Source: an uncultured delta proteobacterium
GTDB taxonomy: Bacteria; Desulfobacterota; Binatia; UBA9968
Direction of reading: 5' to 3'
Assembly: GCA_963804165.1 (NCBI GenBank)
Contig: CAWDPO010000034.1
Span: forward strand, 64,001 to 128,000
DNA length: 64,000 nucleotides
Part shown: positions 41,826 to 52,277 of the stretch, piece after piece
How positions within the stretch are numbered: position 1 is the first letter of the stretch
How the letters are laid out: every line of letters starts with the position of its first letter
Notes under the pieces: generated by a model
The model's input: only the letters and a program-made list of their open reading frames with translations
What the model was told of the DNA's origin: nothing
Database searches by the model: none
Position numbers and translations under genes: made by a program

Positions 41826-42587
41826 ATGGCGGATTCCATTTCTGCATCTTCCACAACAGACGCTTCATGGCAGCAAACTTGGGGGAACCAGGAATTCATC
41901 GAGCGCTGGGCCAGCAAAGGCGGCTGGCAGGCGCCGATTCGCGAAGTGCAGACCGCGATGGTACTGCGCATGATTCCGCAACCGATCGACGCGCCCATTC
42001 GTATCCTCGACATCGGCGCGGGCTACGGCGCGCTGGCCATCGCGGTCTTAAACGAGCGGCCCAACGCGACCGCCGTTTGTTTGGATGCTTCCGAAGCGAT
42101 GTTGAAACTTGGCCAAGAGCGGAACGCCCACCTAATGGATCGCATGAATTTTATTCAAGCATCGCTTGAAGTTCCCGATTGGGTTTCCTCCGTGGATGGA
42201 AAATTCGACGCGGTGATTTCGGCCCGTGCGCTGCATCATTTCACTGAACACCAACGCCGCCGGTTTATTTTTAAGGAAGTGTTCGGGTTGATGCGCGAGG
42301 GCGGCTGTTTCATCAATGCGGACAACGTTCGAGCGCCGAGCAAATCATTAACCGAACGATATCGCGGCGCCAGAGACGAATACCTCGACCGTTTTGTGCG
42401 CCAGTCCACCGGCGGCGCGAGCAATTTGGCTGAAGTGCGCGCCGCGGCACCGAGCACCTATCACGGGCCCCACAACAACGGTTATCTCGAAGAGGAACTT
42501 GCGTGGCTCAGGGAAGCGGGTTTTGACGACGTCGATTGCTTCTGGAAGTTCACCACGGCGGTGGTGTATGGCGGATATAAACTCTAA
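41826..42587 (+). CDS. class I SAM-dependent methyltransferase
   Basis: ILDIGAGYG, FDAVISARALHH. Confidence 0.9.
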   Translation: MADSISASSTTDASWQQTWGNQEFIERWASKGGWQAPIREVQTAMVLRMIPQPIDAPIRILDIGAGYGALAIAVLNERPNATAVCLDASEAMLKLGQERNAHLMDRMNFIQASLEVPDWVSSVDGKFDAVISARALHHFTEHQRRRFIFKEVFGLMREGGCFINADNVRAPSKSLTERYRGARDEYLDRFVRQSTGGASNLAEVRAAAPSTYHGPHNNGYLEEELAWLREAGFDDVDCFWKFTTAVVYGGYKL

Positions 42588-42591
42588 AGGG

Positions 42592-42700
42592 CGTTCAAAA
42601 CGTTCAAGCCGTTAGGCTTACGCCGGTTCAATGTTCAAGGTTCAAAGGGTTCAAGGACAGACTCGCAGACGCTCCGGCCGTTCAACTCGGTCAAAACGTT
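42592..42700 (+). repeat. GTTCAA-ladder element, no terminal palindrome
   Basis: ggcttacgccggttcaatgttcaaggttcaa, matching 58530. Confidence 0.7.
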
Positions 42701-43455
42701 TCGGCCCGCCGGGTCGCTTTGAAACGGAGCCTCATATAGTCCGCGATCCAGGTGCCGTCGGACTGCCGTATCGCCGGCGCCAATGTATTTCGAACGTCGT
42801 CGAGATACCTGCCGCGGTCGACTTCGATTAACACGTTTGAAAATGGCTGAGCGAAAACTTCCAGCCAGTCGCGAATATCTCCCGGCAGTTTCGTTGGACG
42901 CGGGATCAGCTCGATGTAGTCGACGGCGAAGCCGCAGTCGTTTAACAATTCCGTATATTCTTCGGGCGACGGATAGAACCAGGGATCGACGCTCCACGGG
43001 TCCACGCCGCGGTGGCGCAAACAGCCGTGAAGCGCGGTGCGGATGGTTTCGACGTTGCCTTTGCCGCCGAATTCACCGATGAAGCGTGCCCCGGGTTTTA
43101 AACAACGCGCCACGCCTTCCACGACGGATCGAGGTTGCTTCATCCAATGCAGCGCGGCGTTGGAAAACACCGCATGGAATTGTTTCTTGAACGCGAGTCG
43201 CTGCCCGTCCATGGCTAGGACGCTCAGGCCTCGTCGTTGGGCGGCGTGGAGCTGCGCCACGCTGGCGTCGACGCCGATGACCGCGCCGCCTGCGGCTTTG
43301 ATCTGTGCCGTAAGCGCGCCGTCGCCGCAGCCGAGGTCCAAGATCAGCTCGCCCGGCTTGGAATCGAGAAGCTGGAGCAAGGGTGCGCCGAGATCGGCAA
43401 CGAAACGCGCGTTCTTGGAGTAGCTCTCGGGGTTCCACGACGTCGATGCAGGCAT
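42691..43455 (-). CDS. class I SAM-dependent methyltransferase (Tam-like)
   Basis: ILDLGCGDG, VFSNAALHW, EFGGKGN. Confidence 0.9.
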   Translation of the reverse strand: MPASTSWNPESYSKNARFVADLGAPLLQLLDSKPGELILDLGCGDGALTAQIKAAGGAVIGVDASVAQLHAAQRRGLSVLAMDGQRLAFKKQFHAVFSNAALHWMKQPRSVVEGVARCLKPGARFIGEFGGKGNVETIRTALHGCLRHRGVDPWSVDPWFYPSPEEYTELLNDCGFAVDYIELIPRPTKLPGDIRDWLEVFAQPFSNVLIEVDRGRYLDDVRNTLAPAIRQSDGTWIADYMRLRFKATRRAETF

Positions 43456-43524
43456 ATTCGGTTAGCGTAGCACTTTCGCCATCGGCTTGAAAAAGCCAGA
43501 AATCCCCGTACCCTTGTATATTTT

Positions 43525-44721
43525 ATGGCAACTACGGACGCGGATTTATCTTCGCTGCGCATCGACCGGACGTCTCACGGAGCCAGCTCGCCGAGAAAGT
43601 CGGGGACGACAAAAAAAATCGTTGTATGGATGGTCGTGATCGTGTTCGTCGCGGCGGGTTTTCTCGTCGTGAAGCAATGGCTGAGTCCGGCCGCGGAAGT
43701 TCAGCTTGCGACGGTCTCACTGACTTCGCCTGCCCAGGCCAATGCCGTGCTCACGGCCAGCGGTTATGTGGTGGCGCGGCGTAAGGCCGCGGTTGCGTCG
43801 AAAGGGACGGGGCGATTGGTCTTTCTTGGCGTGGAGGAAGGCGACAAAGTCAAGAAAGGACAAATCATCGCACGTCTGGAGGACGACGACGTGATCGCGT
43901 CGCGCGATCGCGCGCGGGAAAATCTTCGACTTGCCGAGGCCGATCTCTATGAAGCCAAGAAGCATATGGAACGGATGCAGAGCTTGGTGCAACGGGAGAT
44001 GATCGCCCAGGCGGAGTACGATATCGCCGAAGCGCGCTACAAGCGAGTGGTGGCGACGATCGACGCCGCCAAGTTCGCCGTCAGAGAATCCCAAGTCGCG
44101 GTTGGCAACACGCGCATCATCGCTCCGTTCGACGGCACGGTGCTGAAGAAGAATGCCGACGTCGGTGAAATCGTCGCGCCTTTGGCCGGAGCGGCGAGCT
44201 CGAAGGCGGCGGTCGTGACCATTGCCGACATGTCCTCCCTGGAAGTCGACGCCGATGTTTCCGAAGCGAACATCACGCGCGTCACACCAGAGCAAAGCTG
44301 CGAGATTGCTTTGGACGCCTATCCGCAGCACCGCTATCCCGGTTATGTGACGAATATCGTACCGACGGCGGATCGCGCCAAGGCGACGGTCATGGTGAAA
44401 ATCAAATTCAGACAATATGATCAGCGCGTCCTGCCGGAAATGGGCGCGAAGATCACGTTCCTCGCGCCGGGCTCGAGTGTCGATACCAGCAATACTAAAC
44501 CGGTTCTTACGGTTCCCGCCGCGGCGGTAGCCACGCGCGACGGTCGTCAAGCGGTGTTTCAAATCAAGGACGAGCGCGCCGTTGAAGTCCCGGTGACCAC
44601 GGGCAAGAAGCTCGCGAACCTGATCGAGATCACAGGCGGACTGAAAGAAGGCGATAAGGTGATCAATAAAGCGGATGAGCAGATCAAGGACGGCGCGAGG
44701 GTCACCGTCAAAGCCAAGTAA
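43525..44721 (+). CDS. periplasmic adaptor subunit, MacA-like
   Basis: [16 protein letters not shown], coiled coil, N-terminal TM. Confidence 0.9.
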   Translation: MATTDADLSSLRIDRTSHGASSPRKSGTTKKIVVWMVVIVFVAAGFLVVKQWLSPAAEVQLATVSLTSPAQANAVLTASGYVVARRKAAVASKGTGRLVFLGVEEGDKVKKGQIIARLEDDDVIASRDRARENLRLAEADLYEAKKHMERMQSLVQREMIAQAEYDIAEARYKRVVATIDAAKFAVRESQVAVGNTRIIAPFDGTVLKKNADVGEIVAPLAGAASSKAAVVTIADMSSLEVDADVSEANITRVTPEQSCEIALDAYPQHRYPGYVTNIVPTADRAKATVMVKIKFRQYDQRVLPEMGAKITFLAPGSSVDTSNTKPVLTVPAAAVATRDGRQAVFQIKDERAVEVPVTTGKKLANLIEITGGLKEGDKVINKADEQIKDGARVTVKAK

Positions 44722-44737
44722 GCCATCCGTCGGGCCG

Positions 44738-45412
44738 ATGTCATCGCCGCTTATCCAAGTTCAGGAGTTATTCAAGTCCTATCACCGCGATAGTCTCGAA
44801 ATTCCGGTTTTGCGCAACATCAACCTCGAAATCTCGCAAGGCGAATTCGTCGCGTTCATGGGGCCATCGGGGTCGGGCAAAACCACGTTGCTCAATCTCA
44901 TCGCCGGCATCGACAAGCCGACATCCGGAAGGATTTTGATCGGCGGCGTCGACGTCGCGGAATTGAACGAAACCGAGCTCGCGGTATGGCGCTCGCGCAA
45001 CGTCGGGTTCATTTTCCAGTTTTACAATCTGATCCCGGTGCTGACCGCGCTCGAAAACGTCGAGCTGCCGCTGATTCTCACGCCGCTGTCGAAACGGGAA
45101 CGGCGCGCCCATGCCGAGATGGCTCTGAGTGTGGTCGGACTCGCCGACCGCATGCATCATTACCCGCGCCAGCTTTCCGGCGGGCAGGAACAGCGCGTGG
45201 CGATTGCCCGGGCGGTGGCCACCGATCCGGCGATATTGGTCGCCGACGAACCGACGGGCGATCTCGACAAAACATCGGCGGACGAAGTGCTCGGTCTGAT
45301 GGACCGGCTGAATCGGGAGCTTAACAAGACGATTCTGATGGTCACCCACGACCCGCGCGCCGCCGAGAGGGCGCGCTCGGTGCGCCATCTGGAAAAAGGA
45401 GAACTTGCCTAA
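44738..45412 (+). CDS. ABC exporter ATP-binding protein, MacB/LolD-like
   Basis: [22 protein letters not shown]. Confidence 0.92.
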   Translation: MSSPLIQVQELFKSYHRDSLEIPVLRNINLEISQGEFVAFMGPSGSGKTTLLNLIAGIDKPTSGRILIGGVDVAELNETELAVWRSRNVGFIFQFYNLIPVLTALENVELPLILTPLSKRERRAHAEMALSVVGLADRMHHYPRQLSGGQEQRVAIARAVATDPAILVADEPTGDLDKTSADEVLGLMDRLNRELNKTILMVTHDPRAAERARSVRHLEKGELA

Positions 45413-45416
45413 ATTA

Positions 45417-45500
45417 GTTCAAAGTTCAAGGTTCAATGTTCAAGGTTCAAAGTCGGGGACGGGCCGGATACATTGAACGTTGAACCTGGAACTTTGAACG
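45417..45500. repeat. inverted GTTCAA 7-mer repeat inside exporter operon
   Basis: 5 gttcaa units then 4 ttgaac-type units. Confidence 0.8.
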
Positions 45501-45531
45501 GGATTCGGCGCAATGCGCCGAATAATAAACC

Positions 45532-46692
45532 ATGGAACTTTTAAAGTTACTGCTGCGGAATACGCTGCGTCACAAGCTTCGAAGCATCTTGACGATCGTC
45601 GGCGTCGGCGTGGCGGTCATGGCCTTTGCGCTGCTGCAGACCGTGGTGACGGCTTGGTATGCGGGCGTCGAGGCGTCCGCGGCAAACCGGCTGATCACGC
45701 GCCATGCCGTCTCGTTTGTCTTTCCGTTGCCGCTTGCGTACCGCGATCGCATCGCCCAGGTTCCGGGCGTCAATAAAGTTACCTATGCTATTTGGTTTTC
45801 CGGCGTGTATATCGACAAGAACCAGTTCTTCGCGCGCCTGGCGGTGGATTCCGACAGTTTTTTCGACGTCTACCCGGAGTTCTTGATCGATCGCGACCAG
45901 TTCGAGGCATTTAAGCGCGAGCGCAACGCCTGCATTATCGGCATCGACATCGCGGAACGTTATAATCTCAAGCCCGGCGACATTATGCCCATCGAGGGCG
46001 ACGTCTATCCCGGGCAATGGGAGTTTGTCGTGCGCGGCATCTATTATCCCCGCGATCAGACAACGGACCCGACGTCGATGATGTTTCACTACAAATATGT
46101 CAATGAACGGGTGCGCCAGGAGATGCCGCACCGCGCGGGCGATATCGGCTGGTACATCGTGCGCATCGACGATCCCGACAACTCCGCGCGCATTTCCCAG
46201 GATATCGATAGTCTTTTCGCCAATTCGCGGGCCGAGACCAAGACCGAAACCGAGCGCGCCTTTCAGCAGAGTTTCTTGTCGGCGGCGAGCGCCGTGATCA
46301 CGGCGATGAATATCATGTCTTTTGTCATCATCGGGATCATCTTGCTGGTGGTCGGCAATACGATGATCATGTCGGCGCGCGAGCGCACCCACGAGTTTGC
46401 CGTGCTCAAGGCATTGGGATTTTCCGGAAAACAATTGTTCCTTCTGCTTACCGGGGAGTCGCTGCTGCTTTCGCTTCTCGGCAGCGCGGTTGGCCTGCTG
46501 GTCACCGTTCCCGCGGTCGCAGGTTTTCAGTCTGCGCTGCCCAAGGGTTGGTTTCCGGTTTTCTACATCAAGCCGGAGACCATCGTTATCGGCTGTGCCG
46601 CCGGCTTCATCGTGGGGCTGATTGCATCGTTGATTCCGCTCCGCCGTGTACTGACGACACGAATCGTCGAAGGGTTACGCTATGTCGGATAA
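45532..46692 (+). CDS. ABC exporter permease, FtsX/MacB-like
   Basis: RERTHEFAVLKALGF; 4-TM topology. Confidence 0.9.
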   Translation: MELLKLLLRNTLRHKLRSILTIVGVGVAVMAFALLQTVVTAWYAGVEASAANRLITRHAVSFVFPLPLAYRDRIAQVPGVNKVTYAIWFSGVYIDKNQFFARLAVDSDSFFDVYPEFLIDRDQFEAFKRERNACIIGIDIAERYNLKPGDIMPIEGDVYPGQWEFVVRGIYYPRDQTTDPTSMMFHYKYVNERVRQEMPHRAGDIGWYIVRIDDPDNSARISQDIDSLFANSRAETKTETERAFQQSFLSAASAVITAMNIMSFVIIGIILLVVGNTMIMSARERTHEFAVLKALGFSGKQLFLLLTGESLLLSLLGSAVGLLVTVPAVAGFQSALPKGWFPVFYIKPETIVIGCAAGFIVGLIASLIPLRRVLTTRIVEGLRYVG

Positions 46693-46697
46693 AGAAC

Positions 46698-46896
46698 TAC
46701 CCCGCAGCAAGCTCCGGGGTATCAGAAGAGATGAGGATTTATCCCAAAGGCGTCACCCCCGAATGTTTTAATCGGGGGTCCAGTCCGGTCTCGCCTGGGG
46801 TTCCCGATAGAAGCATTCGGGAATGACGGACATTAAGAGGCCTGAAATAGTTTTCGACGCAGCAAGCTGTGGGGAACGAAACCCGCAGTGATTCAA
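46698..46896. repeat. composite element: CGCAGCAAGC hairpin ends around a CGTCA..TGACG REP-like pair
   Basis: taccccgcagcaagctccggggta 46698-46721; inner pair 46751-46828; cgcagcaagctgtgggg at 46858. Confidence 0.65.
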
Positions 46897-46905
46897 TATT
46901 TCGTG

Positions 46906-48075
46906 ATGCAAATACCGCTGAAATATATCGTTCGCAGCTCCATCTCCCGGCGGTTAACGACCGCAATTACCGTGTTCGGCATCGCCCTGGTCGTTTTCGT
47001 TTTTTCCGCCGTCTTGATGATGGCCAACGGCGTGCAAAAAACCCTTCGTTCCACCGGATCGGATGACAACATGATCGTGGCGCGCAAAGCCGCCATGAGC
47101 GAGATCATGAGTATCCTCGATCGCGAAGCGGCCGGCATCATCGTCAATCTGCCGCAGGTGGCGCGTTTGGCGGACGGCAGGCCGATGAGCTCTAAAGAAG
47201 TGGTCGCGATTATCAATCTCAACAAGCTTGACGCCGACGGCATCAGCAACGTCACGGTGCGCGGAGTCGAGGAGCCGGCGTTCCTGTTGCGGCCGCAGGT
47301 GCGCATCGTCGACGGCCGCATGTTTCGCTGGGGCGCGCGCGAAGTGATCGCGGGTGCCGGCATCACCAAACGTTTCGCGGGCGCTCAGATCGGCGAACAC
47401 GTAAAATTCGGCGGCGACGTTTGGACCGTGGTCGGTATCTTCGACTCCGAGGGAAGCGGCTTCGACTCGGAATTATGGGGCGATCTCAACCAGATCGCGG
47501 ACGCCTTCAAACGATCGTCCGTATCGACGGTCACCGCGCGCCTCAAAGACCCCGACGCCTTTGCCGATGTCGCCGCCGCATTCGACGCCGACAACCGGTT
47601 GCAATATTTCGCCCCGAAGCGCGAGAAGAAATTCTTCGAAGAGCAGTCGGAAATGATGGCGACGTTTATCCGCATTCTGGGCATCTTCATTACGGTGATC
47701 TTCAGCACCGGTGCCATGATCGGCGCGATGATCACCATGTACGGCGCGGTGGCCAACCGCACCGTGGAGATCGGCACGCTGCGCGCCCTCGGCTTTTATC
47801 GGCGCAGCATCCTGCTGGCGTTTTTACTGGAGTCTTTGTTCCTCTCGCTCGGCGGCGGCTTGCTCGGGCTCGGGATCGCGTCGCTGCTGCAGTTTTTCAC
47901 GATCTCGACGCTCAACTTCGGCTCGTTTTCCGAACTGGCATTTTCCTTCGCGCTATCGCCGTCGATCATCGTGATGTCCCTGAGCTTCTCGCTGCTCATG
48001 GGCTTCGTCGGCGGATTTTTGCCGGCGGTGAGTGCCGCAAGGCTAAACATTATTCAGGCGCTGCGGGCGTTGTAG
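46906..48075 (+). CDS. ABC exporter permease, FtsX/MacB-like
   Basis: RTVEIGTLRALGF. Confidence 0.9.
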   Translation: MQIPLKYIVRSSISRRLTTAITVFGIALVVFVFSAVLMMANGVQKTLRSTGSDDNMIVARKAAMSEIMSILDREAAGIIVNLPQVARLADGRPMSSKEVVAIINLNKLDADGISNVTVRGVEEPAFLLRPQVRIVDGRMFRWGAREVIAGAGITKRFAGAQIGEHVKFGGDVWTVVGIFDSEGSGFDSELWGDLNQIADAFKRSSVSTVTARLKDPDAFADVAAAFDADNRLQYFAPKREKKFFEEQSEMMATFIRILGIFITVIFSTGAMIGAMITMYGAVANRTVEIGTLRALGFYRRSILLAFLLESLFLSLGGGLLGLGIASLLQFFTISTLNFGSFSELAFSFALSPSIIVMSLSFSLLMGFVGGFLPAVSAARLNIIQALRAL

Positions 48076-48365
48076 AAAATCAAGGGTATGGCGCGAAGTA
48101 AAACTTGTAAGGAGCGGCGGGTGACCGTCCGCCGAACGACTTGAACCGAGTAAAGCAGTTAAAGGCTGAATTCGAGTTTCCCTTGCTACAGCGCTATCGT
48201 ACCTATATATAGAGTCATCGTTAATTCTTCGTTCGTCATATTGGCACGTAAGAGGAGATAGAAAGCCGGGCCACACAACGGCAATGGCAGTATGGAGTTC
48301 ACCGCCGATATCACTTCCTCTTCCAAAATCCAACGGCTATCAAAAGCCCGATCAAGGAGAAAGTT

Positions 48366-48926
48366 ATGAATCCTATGTTTATCGTTGCCATCCCTTTGGT
48401 ATTGGTGATCGTCGGCATGGTGTTGAACAGCATTGGCCTTTCCTTCGATCAACCCCCAAGTTCATCGGAGCAAGATCCAGCGAAAAGAGCGGCGGCAGAA
48501 GTGGACGCTCATCGGCGTTTCTTCGATTTACAGAGAAAGCGGGCTGTGACAAGGCAGACAAGGATCGGCCAGTATGCCTGGTTGCTTATCGTCGCCATTA
48601 TCGGTTCCTTCATCTGGCTGTATAAGTACACCGTGACCAAAACCACCAGCACGACTCAAATTGCCGCGCTTCAGACACTGGCGATGGAAGATGGGAAGGA
48701 TATGGTTCTCTCCGTCACCCTCAAGGACGGGAGCACTGTCAAATACCGGATCAACACGCCCACAGGCGATACCTTGGCTGCGGCCACGAAAGATGGAGTA
48801 TCGAAACAGAAGGTCTCAACCTACGACATGGAACAATCAGGTACGGTCTTGAGTATCGGCGAGAGTCCATTGCCTGTCGGCGTCGCGCTGAAAGTGTCCA
48901 TCGACCCGACAGCAAAAAAAGACTGA
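48366..48926 (+). CDS. hypothetical membrane protein (2 TM)
   Basis: AAGGAG RBS; two hydrophobic segments. Confidence 0.7.
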   Translation: MNPMFIVAIPLVLVIVGMVLNSIGLSFDQPPSSSEQDPAKRAAAEVDAHRRFFDLQRKRAVTRQTRIGQYAWLLIVAIIGSFIWLYKYTVTKTTSTTQIAALQTLAMEDGKDMVLSVTLKDGSTVKYRINTPTGDTLAAATKDGVSKQKVSTYDMEQSGTVLSIGESPLPVGVALKVSIDPTAKKD

Positions 48927-48990
48927 AAGTTGTTGGTGAGAGCCAGGAGCCGCGTAGCATGGCAGCAGCACGAGACTTTAAGGAAACATC

Positions 48991-49830
48991 ATGACCTTGA
49001 CAGCCTATAACCAGGTTCCTATTCCTACGTTTATGTATGGCACGGCGTGGAAAAAAGAGTCCACTAAGGAACTGGTGCAACTAGCCGTGGCGTCGGGTTT
49101 CACGGCCATCGACACGGCCAATCAACTGATCCATTACGAGGAAGCTCTGGTGGGTGAAGCCTTGCAGGCGCTGGAGAAGAAAGGGATCAAGCGAGACATC
49201 CTGTTTCTCCAAACCAAATTTACTTCGGTCGATGGCCAAGACCATCGAACCCCCTACGATGCCTCGGCCGATCTAACGACCCAGGTAAGACAGTCCTTTG
49301 ACAGTTCTTTGACTCACCTCTGCACCGAGTATGTTGACTCCTATGTGTTACACGCGCCGTTTCAGAGGCGGGGCTTGGGGGAAGCGGACTGGGAGGTGTG
49401 GGCGGCGATGGAAGGACTTTATCAATCAGGGAAAACCAAAATGATTGGCATCAGCAACGTCACAGCGGGTCAACTTACACAGCTCTGTGCACAGGCGAAT
49501 CATAAACCCATGGTGGTACAAAACCGCTGTTTTGCAGCGCGCGGATGGGACAAAGAGGTTAGGGAGATTTGCCAAGCCCACGACATCATTTATCAAGGTT
49601 TTTCGCTGTTAACCGCTAATAGAGAAGTCTTTGTCGATCCAGAAATTCACGTCATCGCCCAACGGTTAGGTGTTGGTTGCGCACAGATCATCTTTCGGTT
49701 TGCGATGCAAATCGGGATGCTTCCGTTGACCGGGACCACGAGCTCACAACATATGAAAGAGGACCTACAAGCCGAGCAGTTTGCACTCTCCACCGAAGAA
49801 ATCCAGCGGATTGAAACAATCGCGCTGTAG
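48991..49830 (+). CDS. aldo/keto reductase
   Basis: IDTA, FLQTKF, DSYVLH, IGISN. Confidence 0.9.
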   Translation: MTLTAYNQVPIPTFMYGTAWKKESTKELVQLAVASGFTAIDTANQLIHYEEALVGEALQALEKKGIKRDILFLQTKFTSVDGQDHRTPYDASADLTTQVRQSFDSSLTHLCTEYVDSYVLHAPFQRRGLGEADWEVWAAMEGLYQSGKTKMIGISNVTAGQLTQLCAQANHKPMVVQNRCFAARGWDKEVREICQAHDIIYQGFSLLTANREVFVDPEIHVIAQRLGVGCAQIIFRFAMQIGMLPLTGTTSSQHMKEDLQAEQFALSTEEIQRIETIAL

Positions 49831-50072
49831 AAGGGGACGTGATTGACTAACTGAAATAATTCGAGTTAGAGGCAAAGTGAGAAACCAAGACAGAAGATAT
49901 TTTCTCAGCGATAGCGACTGCGGAGTGTATTTGGATATGCTCACAAAGGAGTATTTTGTTGACAGTCGGTCCAAGTGCACTGGGTGGACTGGCGCGGTAG
50001 CTCCTAGCGCGTCTGCATAACGGCAATCCTTGGCGAACGCGAGGCGTGCGCAAACTCGTTGGTCATGCACAA

Positions 50073-50309
50073 TCACACGAGTTGGTTGGCGTGCCTGCGT
50101 CCGATCACGAATGCACTTTTGATCATTTGGCGAAGTACATCACAGGTTTCTTCTTCGCTTTCCGAAGTTTTTAGTAGCTGAATACCATTCCCCAAGAGGC
50201 TTCCAAGCAAGTTCAATTCGTACAACGCTGCTTGATCTTCTATGGGTGTATCTAACATTTGTTGAAGCTCCAGGACCGCTTCGTCAGTTGGCTCTTGAAG
50301 AACTTCCAT
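50073..50309 (-). CDS. small helical hypothetical protein
   Basis: GGAGGTG RBS; sigma54-like promoter upstream. Confidence 0.65.
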   Translation of the reverse strand: MEVLQEPTDEAVLELQQMLDTPIEDQAALYELNLLGSLLGNGIQLLKTSESEEETCDVLRQMIKSAFVIGRRHANQLV

Positions 50310-50334
50310 TGTTCACCTCCATTGCCATACGAGG

Positions 50335-50351
50335 AGCAAGGCGTGTGCCTA
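50335..50351 (-). promoter_or_regulatory. sigma54-type promoter
   Basis: TAGGCACACGCCTTGCT matches GGCAC-N5-TTGC. Confidence 0.65.
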
Positions 50352-50543
50352 GGTTTGATGTATTTCCCCCAGAGATTTGAATCCGTCGAATTTTGTTAGG
50401 ATTATGAACCTGCACGCTAACCATGTCTGAGTTTTAGGACGGTCGAACACGTCGAATTAATTCCAGGTGCTGTTAGTTTTTTTCAATGAGCTGTAGGAAT
50501 TTCCCTTGCGCCGGAGTTGCAGGATACGTTGCAGAATGAAGTC

Positions 50544-50628
50544 CGTTCAAAGGTTCAAGCGTTCAAAAGTTCAAGGAAAGATAAATGCGGGGAACTTCGA
50601 TGTTTCGGAAATTCTCGAAACGTCGAAA
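50544..50628 (+). repeat. GTTCAA ladder + palindrome element, copy 1
   Basis: ttcgatgtttcggaaattctcgaaacgtcgaa. Confidence 0.8.
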
Positions 50629-50641
50629 GGAATACTAGCAT

Positions 50642-50701
50642 TTCGGGGCCAGGAAACGCTTCGGTCCCTGAGTGCTCGATTACGTGGTGACATCCAACCA
50701 C
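50642..50701 (+). pseudogene. remnant of HUH/Y1 (RAYT-like) transposase
   Basis: In-frame FGARKRFGP*VLDYVVTSNH, cut at the first His of the HUH motif. Confidence 0.6.
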
Positions 50702-50955
50702 CAGAGAGTTCAAATCGTTCAAGCCGGTCAATTGGTTCGACCGTTCGAGAAGCCTCACGGCAGGCTTCCTCGACGGCCTTCAGTTCCGAGCCCGTCGAGG
50801 AATCATCATGACCGGCCCGATCTTCCGCTCATTCCTTCGATAAAGCTCAGGACGGGCTCTGAGACTTGTATGAGGGATGTCGAGCTATACCGCGAGTGCT
50901 CCGTGATAGTACAGTGGCCGAAACTTATCGACCGTTGGACCAGGGAGGCACTACG

Positions 50956-52113
50956 ATGGGAATCGAAACTTTCATCGCTCGCGATTACGATGTGTTTGGC
51001 GGACTCGATGTGGACAAGAAAAGCATTTCGGTGACCTTTACCGATCATCAGGGATCTGTGAAGTCGATGCGCATGCCGTACAATGTCGAGTATCTTGTAA
51101 ACCATGTTCGTAAGCACTATGGCGATAAGAAAGTAGCCTTTGCCTATGAGGCGGGACCGACGGGCTATGGACTGTATGACGGGTTGGTCGCTCAACGGTA
51201 CCCTTGCTTGATCGCCTCTCCATCGATGATCCCCAAAGCGCCAGGACAGCGAGTGAAGACCAATCGGCTCGACAGCGTGGGATTGGCAGAGAATCTGCGC
51301 GCCGGACAGCTCAAGAGCATTCATGTGCCCACAACCTTGTATCGAGAGCTGCGTCACTTGACTCAACTGCGCGACGCTCTGGTCAGCGAGGTGGTGGCGA
51401 TGAAGCAACGCATCAAATCGCTGTTGCTGATGGAAGGGCTGGAGTTTCCCCCGGCTCCGGCCGGCAGCCAGTGGTCGTTTTTGGTCAAAGCCAAGCTGAG
51501 AAAGCTTCCCTGCTCTTCGGTGGTGCGCTTTAAGCTCGATCAGTTGCTGGACAATCTGGAGTTTGGGGAGAAGCAAGTCCTTAAGGTCACCCGTGAGATT
51601 CGCCGCTTTTGCCACAACGACCCGGAACTGTCTCGGTGTATCGAGTATCTGAAAACGCTTCCTGGGATCGGCTGGATCGTGGCCAGCCAGATGATGGCCC
51701 GTATCGGGGACTGGCGCCAGATCAATAACATTCGTGAGCTGCCGGCCTTTGTGGGGTTGGTACCCACCGAGAGCTCCACCGGAGAGAGAACCACTCGCGG
51801 CTCGATTACTCACAGCGGAGATCCAAGACTGCGCAGCAAACTCATTCAAGCCTCTTGGTCGGCGATCCGCCAGGACGGCGAGTTGAGAGAGTTCTTCCGC
51901 ACCGTGGCGAAAAAACATCCGCGTCATCTCGGTCCTCGAGTGGCCATTGTGGCGGTGGCCCATAAACTGTGTGTGCGGGCCGCGGTGGTGTTGATGCAAC
52001 AAAGACCTTACGAAGTGAGAGAAAAAGTTCAATCGGCTCCTTTGACCCAAGAGGAGACTGTGCCCCAGGGAACGACTCGACGACGGCCAGTACCAGGAGA
52101 ACAAGACTCCTGA
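50956..52113 (+). CDS. IS110 family transposase/recombinase
   Basis: GLDVDK, YEAGPTG, VKTNRLD, LPGIG, GLVPTESSTG; GGAGG RBS. Confidence 0.92.
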   Translation: MGIETFIARDYDVFGGLDVDKKSISVTFTDHQGSVKSMRMPYNVEYLVNHVRKHYGDKKVAFAYEAGPTGYGLYDGLVAQRYPCLIASPSMIPKAPGQRVKTNRLDSVGLAENLRAGQLKSIHVPTTLYRELRHLTQLRDALVSEVVAMKQRIKSLLLMEGLEFPPAPAGSQWSFLVKAKLRKLPCSSVVRFKLDQLLDNLEFGEKQVLKVTREIRRFCHNDPELSRCIEYLKTLPGIGWIVASQMMARIGDWRQINNIRELPAFVGLVPTESSTGERTTRGSITHSGDPRLRSKLIQASWSAIRQDGELREFFRTVAKKHPRHLGPRVAIVAVAHKLCVRAAVVLMQQRPYEVREKVQSAPLTQEETVPQGTTRRRPVPGEQDS

Positions 52114-52277
52114 AGGTTCGACCCTTGAGACAGAGATCCCGGGGCTTAGTGCCAAAGAGGGCGCATCGCAAGTCAGTGTGACGGCCCAGTGCCGTGCCAC
52201 GTATAGCAGCGAGTCTCTCTTGGGTGGGTAGGGAGAAAAAGTCATAGGAGAATTTAAGAGCCTTTGCGAGTTATTGA
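52114..52277 (+). ncRNA. putative bridge/seek RNA region
   Basis: Non-coding end 3' of transposase as in IS1111 group; short matches to target and donor. Confidence 0.5.
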
